DNA of 63,283 nt, the filler included, from Chiloscyllium plagiosum (Eukaryota): assembly GCF_004010195.1 (NCBI RefSeq). It is 4 parts of one record of this genome, joined end to end, with 100 filler letters (N's around TTAATTAATTAA, not from the genome) between each part and the next. Parts side by side here need not be neighbours in the genome. Positions count along the whole stretch, not along the records: positions 44,412 to 63,283 come from NC_057715.1; 3 more parts are not named here. One strand, written 5' to 3'. How positions within the stretch are numbered: the first letter of the stretch is position 1; each line of letters starts with the position of its first letter. The notes under the pieces are model-generated. The model saw only the letters and a program-made list of their open reading frames with translations. It was not told where the DNA came from and made no database searches. Position numbers and translations under genes: made by a program. Shown here in pieces: positions 52,931 to 63,283 of this stretch.

Positions 52931-54409
52931 TAAAATCAGATTACAATCCCCTACCCAGGGAAAAAAAGACCTTGGTTATTTACCCTATCCATGCCCCTCA
53001 TGATTTTATAAGCTTTTATTATTTAAGAAAAGTAGTGTTGGAAGATAGATAAATAAGTTAGTTTTGCTAGGATAGGTAGATACTAATTGGAATTAATAGC
53101 TTGGAAACTTAACAATTGAGCTTGATTCAGATCTGATCCGATGCCCTTTTTATGCATTTTGAATAGAGTCATAATGCCCAAAAGCTGATTTTATTTGCTT
53201 TAATCTTTGTAATGATCATAGAGATGAACAGCAGCTCTAATTTTGGTGTCATGTGAAGTTTATCAAAAGGATTAAATTGTGCAAATAGAATCAAGTATCT
53301 TTCTTGAAAAGTAACGTACAAAACCACTAAGTCTGTGAAAAAATGTAGTAACTCAGTCAGGAAAAAAAGTTATCTACTGAACATGTGATATAAAGATTAA
53401 CATCATGGGGAATGCATTACTTAATTGTACTAACCTCTCTCAGCCAAAGCTGCATCTGAACTAATGCAGTTGCCTTAAGCTGCCCTGGGAAGAGAAGAAA
53501 ACAAAGTGCAGAATTACAAAGTGACTCTTCATTCAAAATATATGACATGGCATCACATTAGATTTAAATTAATCAATATTCACCATCATAATTAGTTAAC
53601 AGCAAACGGAAAATGGATACTACATGTAAGTGAGAAGGCAGAGGTACAAAATAGACCTCTACTTGAAATGTGGAACACATGAAATAAAATGGTTTATCTC
53701 CTGAGAAACTGTGTGCTGGGTGCTTGTCAGGAGCTTCGAGTGTTATGTGTTCGCTGTTGTCCATGCCTAAATCATGGCCTCTGCAGCTGTCCTGACAAAA
53801 GATGATATTTCAAACTTAGAATATTCTCGCAGGGGTCAACTGGGTAGATAGAGGAAAGGTGTTTGCCCAGGTAGTTTCATAGGAATATTTCATAGTTCTA
53901 AATATTTAGGGACATAAATAATTGTAGCTGGACTAAGCCATTTAGCCCCATAAGCCTGCTTCACTATTCCCACACTGTCCATATATCCCTCAACTCACTC
54001 ACTTTACAGTGTACTGCTGCTGCCTGTCCAATTTGTGCACAGGCAAACATCTTGTGCCTTGGAGCCAGTATTTTGCATTTATAAAACAGAAGTTTTATGG
54101 CTAGTTCAGATCAGTTTCTGATCAATGGCATCCCCCGGGATATTGATAGTAGGGAACTTCAGTGATGATAGCACCATTGAATGTCAAAGTAGTAATTGGA
54201 TTGTCTCTTGACCTGCAGAAAAGTGAGGCACATTCCTGCCACTGATTGAGAATGTCCAGGGATACAGTGATAGAAATGTGTCATATATGGGAGCATTCGT
54301 GACCCTGATAGTTGAGGGTTGTTTGGTTGAAACACATGATGTTTGTTTACTGTGAGAATTGAAGGGAAGAAGTTCTTTGTTGATTGGTGTCATACCTAGC
54401 ACAAAGAGA

Positions 54410-55385
54410 GTGGTTATTGAAGGTCTGCTATATTAGCTCTAGGACCTCTCTGCAGGAGGTCCTCAGGGTAGTGTCCGAGGCCAACCACCTTCGGATGCTT
54501 CAACAATAACCTTCCCTCCATCATAAGGTCAGAAGGGGGACTTTCACTGATGATTGCACAATGTTTAATATCATTCAGGACTCCAAAGATACTGAAGCAG
54601 TCCATGTCTATGTGCAGTAAGATTTGAACAATACCAGAATGATGCTTGGCAAGCTACATTCTCAGAAAAAAAGCTTCCTTGATGAAGGTATGGCAAGGTA
54701 ACATTCACACCATGCAAATAGCAAACAATAACTGTGACAAGACAGAATCCAACAATTGAGCTGAAAATGTGTTGCTGGAAAAGCGCAGCAGGTCAGGCAG
54801 CATCCAGGGAACAGGAGAATCGACGTTTCAGGCATAAGCCCTTCAGGATTCCTGAAGAAGGGCTTATGCCCGAAACGTCGATTCTCCTGTTCCCTGGATG
54901 CTGCCTGACCTGCTGCGTTTTTCCAGCAACACATTTTCAGCTCTGATCTCCAGCATCTGCAGACCTCACTTTCTCCTCAAAGAATCCAACAATTGCCTCT
55001 TGAACATTCAATGGCATTACCAATACTGAATTCTCTCACTATCTACAACCTGGGGGACATGACTGATGTAAAATTAAACTGGACTAGCCATACAAATACT
55101 ATGGTTACAAGAGCAGGTTAGAGATTGGGAATTCTATGGCAAGCAACTCATCTGTCTCCCCATTACCTAGCCACCATTGATAAGGCACAAGATAGAAATG
55201 CATTAGAATACTGCGGCATGTGTGTTGATGAGTGTAGTTCCAACAACAATCACAACGGATGACATCGTTGATTGATGTCATCCCACTCGATTGCATCCCA
55301 CCCATCGCACTCAACATTGATTTCCTTTCAGCATGGACACACAGTGGCAGCAATGTGTACCATCCATAAGATGCATTGTAACAAC
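54410..55385 (+). mobile_element. Non-LTR LINE fragment, same family as 14300-15970
   Basis: CCTCAGGGTAGTGTCC and TTCACTGATGATTGCACAATG shared with the 15000-15130 region. Confidence 0.75.
54759..54980. mobile_element. Short fold-back Penelope-derived insertion with hammerhead and 15-bp TSD
   Basis: AGAATCCAACAATTG at 54744-54758 and 54981-54995; ATTC-CTGAAGA-AGGGC-TTAT-GCCC-GAAAC-GTC-GATT on +. Confidence 0.9.
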
Positions 55386-55574
55386 CCACAGAAGGAAGTA
55401 TTTGCTTCTTTGAACTATCATGGAATCTCAAAAGAAAAGGCAGTTGTAAAAGAAAAGTGTCTGTAATTGACAGACGTGAACTATTATAAACACTTGTTAT
55501 TAAAGTAGATATTGCATCATTCAGTTTTAATTATTGACAGTAAACTGGGCTATATATAAACACAGAAAACTTAC

Positions 55575-55867
55575 CGCGAAGCAATGTCACAAAGATAGGT
55601 AATTCCCTTGCAGTAAGATCTGGACAGTGGAAAAGTACATCTGTCTAGAGCTTCCGTTTCTCTAGAAACCAATCCACTTTGCAACTAGAGTAATGTAAAA
55701 AAATTGCAAAACATTTGCTTAAAAAAAATCTAATCTCATTATCTTGCTGTTGATCATACATCCAGCATAATGCTGATAATGCAGCTTTTAAATTTGAAAT
55801 CTAAAGTCACAATCAGAATATCATTCTTTTAATCAGTATCAGATGTCTTTTTCTTCAGTGGCTTCAT
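55575..55867 (-). pseudogene. Degenerate two-exon module of an unidentified gene (copy 1)
   Basis: 110-bp exon 55684-55575 with TAG acceptor and GTAAGT donor, only one open frame (LQSGLVSRETEALDRCTFPLSRSYCKGITYLCDIASR); the upstream segment has an in-frame stop. Confidence 0.5.
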
Positions 55868-57479
55868 TTTAGATGTAGGTTACCGTGGATATGACCTTAG
55901 ATGGCCTTGAGGACAAAGCAGGCCACTTGATTAACACAGCATCCACCATCATAAATATTCACTCTCTCCATTACTAATACATAGTTAGACCGATATGTAC
56001 AATCGACAAGGCGTACAGCACCAAGGCAGTGCCTTCCAAAACTTCTAGAAGGATAAGGACAGCAGACGCATGGATGCACCAACACCTGAAAGCTCCTCTG
56101 CAAGCCATGCGTCATCCTGACTTAAACTATATCTGTTTCTTCATTGCCATGAATACAAAATTCTGAAACTCCTTTCTTTACAATTCTGTAGCATTACATA
56201 GACTACAATGGTTAAAAAGGGTCGCTCATCAACATCTCAAGGGCAATTACAGACAAGCAATAAATGTTTAAGCTAGTGATGCCGACATCCTGTAAATGAA
56301 TTTTAAACTTTTTTTTTGAGTATTCCAAATATATTGAAAAATATATCCCAATTGATATTGATGGAAGTAAACTACAACATTTTAATATAGAAACAACAAA
56401 TAACTATGCAAGAAATGTGGGTGGTAATTGTGGAAATGCGTGGGGAATATTTATTTTAATTGCAAAGATTTGAAAAAGGTTTTGATAAATAGAAGGCAGA
56501 TTAGAATCAAATAAGTAAGCTGAAAAATACATACCTTTAGGCATTATTTTAAGGATGCAGGTCAGCTATCTGGTAATGCAGCCCTGACCTTATTCCACAG
56601 TATGTGAATACTGAGTTTTCAAAGGGGCCACTGCCTCTGCTTTCTCTCCACAGATTGATAGATATAGGGCAGATGCCAGAGGTACTTTCTTTACACAGAG
56701 AGTAATACAGATATGGAGCACATTGTCTGTAACAGTAATAGACTCACCAACTTTAAGGGCATTTAAATGGTCATTGGATAAACATACGGATGAAAATGGA
56801 ATAGTGTTGGATAGATGGGCTTCAGATTGGTTCCACAGGTTGGCACATTATTGAGGTCCGAAGGGCCTGTATTTTGCTAAAATGTTCTATGTTCTAGAGA
56901 TACTACCAGACCTTCTTGGTTCTCCAGCTATTTCTGTTTTTGTTTTTGAATAGTGAAGGATTGGTGCGACCAATCAGCCTAACAGTTACCTCCCTTAATC
57001 CCATTAGTACATGTAAACTGATGACTTGAGTAAAGGTCACTATATAAAAGAGCAATAGCATCAGAATAGCAGTATTTATGAAGCAGATAATAATTGAGAA
57101 AGGCAGTATAAATCCCCATTTTAAATCATCCTGTTACAAGTTGTTTTGCTTTGAATTTCTGCATTTTTGTGCTTGAGTACACATGACAATAAAATTTAAT
57201 TCTAATTCTATTGACACAGACGGCAACTCTGGTAACTCTTATGTTTTACATGTTTTCCTAAATGGTCACACCTGTTTGACCCTTTGCTCCTCCTGAAGTT
57301 GTTTCATTCTTGTGGTCATTCTCAGTAATGTGAGATTTCAACATCTAAAAGAAAGATATAAGTTGTGTTGTCAGTGATTAATATTGATAATACATTCTTT
57401 GTAGTGAAAGTCAGTAGCATAAAGTGGAAAATCAAATCTTGATTTTTCTACAATGAAGCTTTCATGGTTTGATTTTGTA

Positions 57480-58100
57480 GCTTAGCTTCTCTATTTCCTT
57501 GAGGATAGTAAGATGAACCAGTATCTTAATTGAGATCATATTCACCTGTGAATGTTTTAAACTATCCTTTTGTAAACTGTGAACTGTTATCTGATAATGC
57601 AAAGTCAAGAATCCTAAGCGTTGAGCAGATTCTATTGAGTGATTTGCATCCTGTAAGACTTTCCTCACTGTTCTGACTCTTTGGTCGTGCTCTTCTTTTG
57701 TATATCCAAGTATCAATAAAATCCATGTGGCATATTGCCCTGTTAAGTCCTACCAATATGCGGGAATTGTTATCTGAAAAGAATCTGCAATGGTTGCCTT
57801 TCTGAAAGATAAGGTGTATTAAAAATAGTTAACATCTTTGAATTTTCAGCTGGAAGAAAGTACCCAAGTCCATTATTAAGATGCAGCTTAGTGAATAGGG
57901 CACTCTTGGCTAGTTTTGCTAGATTTTCATCTCTGAGGCCATTGGGTGAATCTAACCAGACCCACATTTGGTTGACTGAGCTAATTCACGGGTTTGAGAT
58001 TCTTCTCAAATTGTAACCAATCTGAACACCATCTACTTGCCATTGTAACCTATAAAATTACTCCTTTCCTTATCTTCTTAAATTCTTCTTAACTTTGTTC
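57480..58100 (-). mobile_element. Gypsy RT remnant
   Basis: DENLAKLAKSALFTKL...SKMLTIFNTP and ICHMD...ILGYTKEEHDQRVR. Confidence 0.75.
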
Positions 58101-59682
58101 AAGAGAGGGTGAGCCACTTTGCTCATCACGTATAAACAGATTGATTCTCCTGTAGGCTGATGTGATATTCTGTTTTCAATTTAGCTAAGTCTGACAACAC
58201 TTTTTAAAATTGGCAATGTATTTGCAGTCTTATCAATCTCACAGTTTAATTTAGCTTTAAACATGTTCTGCTGCTTAGTAGATAAGAGGGAGTGACTGTT
58301 GAAGGGGTTTTTCCTGGATGGTTTTGCACTTCTTGAGTACTGTTGCAACTACACTCATCTGCACAAATGCAGAATATTCCATTACAATGCCTTATATTCT
58401 TGGTAGATAGGCTTTGATGATTCAGGAGTAGCTACTTGCCAAAGTGGTCCTAACCTCTGACTTGCACTTGTAGCCATTGTATTTATATGGCCAATCCAGT
58501 TCAAATTCTAGTCAATGATAATCCCCTGGATTTGATCGTGGAGGATTCAGCAATAGGAAAGCATTGAATGTCAAAGGATAATGTTTTGGATTCTCTCCTT
58601 TTTGAGACAGTTGGGTTCTGGACTCAATCCTGATGAATGCCTGCTGTGATGTTCTGAGGATGAAATTAGGAAAGAGTGAGGACTGCAGATGCTGGACATC
58701 AGAGTCAAAATGTGTGGTGCCAAATGCTGCTTTTCTAACGCCACGCTTGTTGACTGTGGCTGAAATGTTTGAGCTCCAACAACCACAACCATCTTCCTTT
58801 CTATAGGAAAAAAAGTCCAAACAATGGAGATATTTACCTCGGATTCTGATTGACTTCAGTTTTGCTTGTGCTCTTTCATACTGCACTCTGTTAAATATTG
58901 ACTTGATGTTAGCTACAGTCATACTCACTCCCCACTTGGTTTTAGAGCTTTTGTCCTTGCTTGAAACAAGTCTGTAATGAGGTCAGGAACTGAGTGGGCC
59001 TGGAAGAACCCAAAATAAGCATCAGTGAGTAGGTTAATATTGAGTAAGTGCCACTTGACTGCACTGTTGACGATACCTTCCATCATACTGTTAACGCTAC
59101 TGGGCAATTTTCCACATTGCCAAGTGGATGTCAACATTTTACCTTTACTGGAACTGCCTGGCTATGGGCATGGCAAGAGCACAAGTCTTCAGCACTATTG
59201 CTGAAATATTATCAGGGCCCATAGCCTTTGGAGGGTTCAGTGCCTTCAGCTATTGATAGCTATTACAGAACAAATACTTACGGTCTGACATACCTGCTGA
59301 GAAGTGTGATGGGGGCAGGTTCAAATAAGGTATTCCATAAGACATCAGATAATACAGTAAGTATGAAACAATGTGCGGGGTTATGGGGAAAAGATGGAAG
59401 ATTGGCACAAAGTTTAAATGCTCAGAGAACCATTGCAGACAGTAAGGGCTGAATGGAGATTCTGTGCTATCACGTTGAATCAATGAAAATGGTTGAAGGC
59501 TGACATCTGTGATGCAGGGGATCTCAGGAGGAGGATAAAATGAATTGTCCATGCAGAACTTCTGACTGATATTGCTTGCAAAAGCTTCTGCACGAGCTTT
59601 CCACTGATATGCTGGGAGCAATCTGAGATTGCAAATTTTGGTTGAATGCAATACTACAGCTGCTGATAGCTGACAGCACCTC

Positions 59683-60010
59683 ATAGAATCCCAATAGTGT
59701 GGAAACAGGCCCTTCAGCCCAGCAGGTCCACATCAACCCAGCGAAGAGTATCCCACCCAAACCCATTACTCTACTTTTACCCCAACTAATGTACCTAAGC
59801 TACACATCTCTGAACACTATGGTATGGGCAATTTAGCATGTCCAATTCACCTAACTTGCACATCTTTGGACTGTGGGATGGAATTGGAGCACCCAGAGGA
59901 AACCCAGGGAGAATGTGCAAACTCCAAACAAAAATCACCCAAGGCTGGAATCAAACCCAGGTCCCTAGTGCTGTGAGGTAGCAGTGCTAACCACTTAGGC
60001 ACCATGTTAT
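59683..60010 (-). mobile_element. HE1-like V-SINE
   Basis: Reverse complement of the tRNA head, V-domain and GGGCCTGTTTCCACACT tail. Confidence 0.85.
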
Positions 60011-60613
60011 CCCAGTCTTGATTTGCTCGATCTGTTCAACAGTTATCCCAATTAGCACAGTGGTGTTGCTACTCAATACAATAAAGAGTATCCTCAATGT
60101 GGGGGGCTTGGTCTCCACAACAACTGTGTGGTGCTTATTCCCACTGTTTATGTGAGCATATAGTTTGGTGAGGATGACATAGCTACATTTTTAGCTCCTG
60201 TGGATTCTGTCTTACTGGTTTCTCTTTCCTTTTTCCTGAGTTTCATCTCAAATTGACCTTTTCCTTTTAATGATATTTCTCCAGGACTTGGCAACTTCAT
60301 GGCTATAATTTTAATTGTTTAAGTCATTTAAATTGATCTGATAATGCTGACAATCCAGTTCCTGAACCTCGTTTAAAATGTATCGAGTGTCTGTTCACTT
60401 CCAGTTTGGCACTCCAATATTTATCTTTGGAATGATTATTTTGCCCCAATTTATTTCTCCTGATCTTGCAGTTTTACGAGCTCTTGAATTTGCTGTCACT
60501 TTAAAGATTTCTCCCTTTCTTATCCAATCTTTCAAAATGGTGGGATGTGTAAAATAGACAATTTTGCACATTTGTAGCACTCTACATCCCTTGCTGGATT
60601 TCTTTTTTATTTA

Positions 60614-60975
60614 AGTTAAAAATCACACAACACCAGGTTGTAGTCCAACAGGTTTAATTGGAAGCACTAGCTTCTGGAGCGTCGCTCCTTCATCAGGTGG
60701 TTGTGGAGTACACAATTGTAAGACACAGAATTTATAGCAAAAGTTTATGGTGTGATGTAACTGAAATTATAAATTGAAAAATACCTTGATTGTTTGTTGA
60801 GTCTTTCATCTGTTAGACTGACCATGATAGTTTCATTTCTTTCATATGTAAATCACAGAACTTTTTAAAAGTTACATTCTCAGGTTAACTGTAACAATTG
60901 GTGTCAGCCAGATAATATGTTCAATGTGTTAGCCCCCTGTGTTCCCTGTTTGTGCCATAATGTTTAGACTAATCA
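60614..60975 (-). mobile_element. Penelope family B 3' segment with hammerhead-like motif
   Basis: Homologous to 27037-27400; GGAGCGTCGCTCCTTCATCAGGTG at about 60676-60699. Confidence 0.85.
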
Positions 60976-61159
60976 TGTTCCATCTAGTCATGAATGATGG
61001 GAAACAATAAAGCAATTAAGTGGAGGTTTCTCAAATACCTCATTACTAATGATGTAGCCCACCACATCAATGCAAAAGTCAAAACTGGAGCATTTGCATC
61101 CATCTCTATCCAGAAATGCAAGACAAATGCTACATCTTGGCCTTCTCCTCTTCTCCCAG

Positions 61160-61420
61160 TCCAAAACTAGAGGGCATAAGTTTAAGGTGAGGGGGGGAAA
61201 ATTTAGAACAACCTAAGGGGTCCAGGTATGGGATGAGCTGGCAGAGGAAATGGGTCTAATTACAACATTTAAAAGGCGTCTGGATGGGTATATGAATAGA
61301 AAGGATTTAGAGAGATTAGGGCCAAATGCTGGCAGGTGGGACTAGATCAAATTAGGGTGTCTGGTCAGTGTAGACAAGTTATACTGAAGGGTCTGTTTCT
61401 GTGCTGTATGATTCTATGAT
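61160..61420 (+). mobile_element. CR1 3' terminal fragment
   Basis: SKTRGHKFKVRG and CR1 tail. Confidence 0.85.
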
Positions 61421-61545
61421 TCCTAGTTTCTCCAGTTTTTCTAAGGTTCCTTGAAGCCACACTCAGTCAAATGCTGCCTTGGTGTCAAGGACAGACTCTC
61501 TCATCTCACCTCTATACTATATAAGGCGGTACACACACTTTATAA

Positions 61546-61850
61546 ACTAAATCGTTACGGGGAAAAACATTTGCCACTGATAAACAGGATGATCTCCAGA
61601 TAGTGGCTTTAGATTTCAAGGTTAAGAGCATAATATGATGGATAAAAGATTAGTAGCATAGTGATGGGGTTAGATGCATGTAATCTCTTTTAGCTGGTAC
61701 TTCCATTCTTAGCTGCTTTACTCTTTTGTGCATTGCACTCGTTGCAAGCAGGATTGCTTTGCAGAGATACTGATACTCTCGACAGATGTACTTTTCCACT
61801 GTCTAGAATGGCCTCATTGCAGTTATCTTGGCTTGTGACAGTTCTCTTTC
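61546..61850 (+). pseudogene. Degenerate two-exon module of an unidentified gene (copy 2, inverted)
   Basis: KTFATDKQDDLQIVALDFK|GT donor at 61621; LQAGLLCRDTDTLDRCTFPLSR from 61742; acceptor is CG instead of AG and a 1-bp deletion follows. Confidence 0.5.
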
Positions 61851-62059
61851 AATAAAAAAACATATTTTGCAAATGTGGACTGAAAACACAGTAGTATTTT
61901 GGGGTTCTAACCCATTATTGTACCATCTGTCAGTTAATGAATCCTGCATGTAGGCTAATGTAAGAAGTTCATTCAGTTTATTGAAGCGATTTATATATTG
62001 TGAATAGAGCCACTGCTGCTCTGAAAATGCCAGTTTTGTACTTAGAATAGAGTACTAGA

Positions 62060-63072
62060 ATCTTGGAGATGTACAGCACAGAAACAGATGCTTCATTCCA
62101 ACTCGTCCATGTCGACCAGATCTCCCAAATTACTCTAGTCCCACTTGCCAGCACTTGGCCCATATCCCTCCAAACCCTTCCTATTCATATACCCATCCAG
62201 ATGCCTTTTAAATGTTGCAATTGTACCAGCCTTCACCACTTCCTCTGGCAGCTCATTCCATACACGCACCACCCTCTGCATGAAAAAGTTGTCCATTAGG
62301 TCCCTTTTAATTCATTACCCTCTCACCCTCAACCTATGCCCTTTAGTCTGGGCTCTCCAACCCAGGGAAAAGACCTTGTCTATCCTATCCATTCATCTCA
62401 TGATTTTATAAAACTCTATGAGGTCACCCCTCAGCCTCCGACGCTCCAGGGAAAACAGCCCCAGCCTGTTCAGCCTCTCGCTGTAGCTCAAATCCTCCTA
62501 CTCTGGCAACATCCTTGTAAATCTTTTCTGAGCCCTTTCAAGTTTAACAACATCTTTCCGATAGGAAGGAGACCAGAATTGCATGCAATATTCCAAAAGT
62601 GGCCTAAACAATGTCTTGTATACAGCCACAACATGACCTCCCAACTCCTGGACTCAATACTCTGACCAATAAAGGAAAGCATACCAAACGCCATCTTCAA
62701 TGTCCTATCTACCTGTGACACTACTTTCAAGGAACTATGAACCTGCACTCCAAGGACTATTTTTCAGCAACACTCCCTAGGACCTTACCATTAAATGTAT
62801 AAGTCCTGCTCAGATTTGCTTTTACTGAATGCAGTATCTCGCATTTATCTAAGTTAAACTCCATCTGCCACTCCTCAGCCCATTGGTCCATCTGATTTAG
62901 ATCCCATTGTATTCTGAGGTCACCTTCTTCGCTGTCCACTACACCACCAATTTTGGTGTCATCTGCAAACTTACTAACTATATCTCTTATGCTCATGTCC
63001 AAATCAATTACATAAATGACGAAAAGTAATGGACCCAGCATCAATCCTTGGGGCACTCCACTGGTCACAGGC
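62060..63072 (-). mobile_element. CR1 LINE RT C-terminus and 3' end
   Basis: VTSGVPQGLMLGPLLF...SKFADDTKIGG. Confidence 0.93.
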
Positions 63073-63283
63073 TGGTAAAAACAATGACTGCAGATGCTGG
63101 AAACCAGATTCTGGATTAGTGGTGCTGGAAGAGCACTGCAGTTCAGGCAGCATCCGAGGAGCAGTAAAATTGACGTTTCGGGCAAAAGCCCTTCATCAGG
63201 AATAAAGGCAGAGAGCCTGAAGCGTGGAGAGATAAGCTAGAGGAGGGTGGGGATGGGGAGAAAGTAGCATAGAGTACAATAGG
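63073..63283 (-). mobile_element. Penelope family A 3' region with hammerhead (63168-63204)
   Basis: Reverse complement reads ATTC-CTGATGA-AGGGC-TTTT-GCCC-GAAAC-GTC-AATT; near-identical to 31920-32120. Confidence 0.88.

Overview
Repeat-rich vertebrate genomic DNA, most likely from a shark. This is inferred from HE1-type V-SINEs, their CR1 partner LINEs and abundant Penelope elements. Two host-gene pieces are recognisable on the + strand: coding exon 1 of CNOT11 (42566-42884, in a CpG island) and the terminal TIR-domain exon of an IL-1 receptor family gene (46579-46904). An artificial scaffold join separates them. The rest is mostly decayed CR1/L2 LINEs, Penelope-like elements (PLEs), Tx1-like LINE pieces, Gypsy remnants and SINEs. 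Points worth a second look: (1) many minimal hammerhead-ribozyme motifs from several PLE families, often inside short fold-back insertions flanked by 11-17 bp target-site duplications; (2) a near-perfect 64-bp hairpin in unique sequence at 1263-1395; (3) a 1.5-kb minisatellite abutting the CNOT11 promoter; (4) an inverted pair of degenerate two-exon modules of an unidentified gene (55575-55867 on -, 61546-61850 on +). Four assembly gaps are present, three carrying a synthetic TTAATTAATTAA linker. Repeat boundaries were estimated by eye and are approximate.
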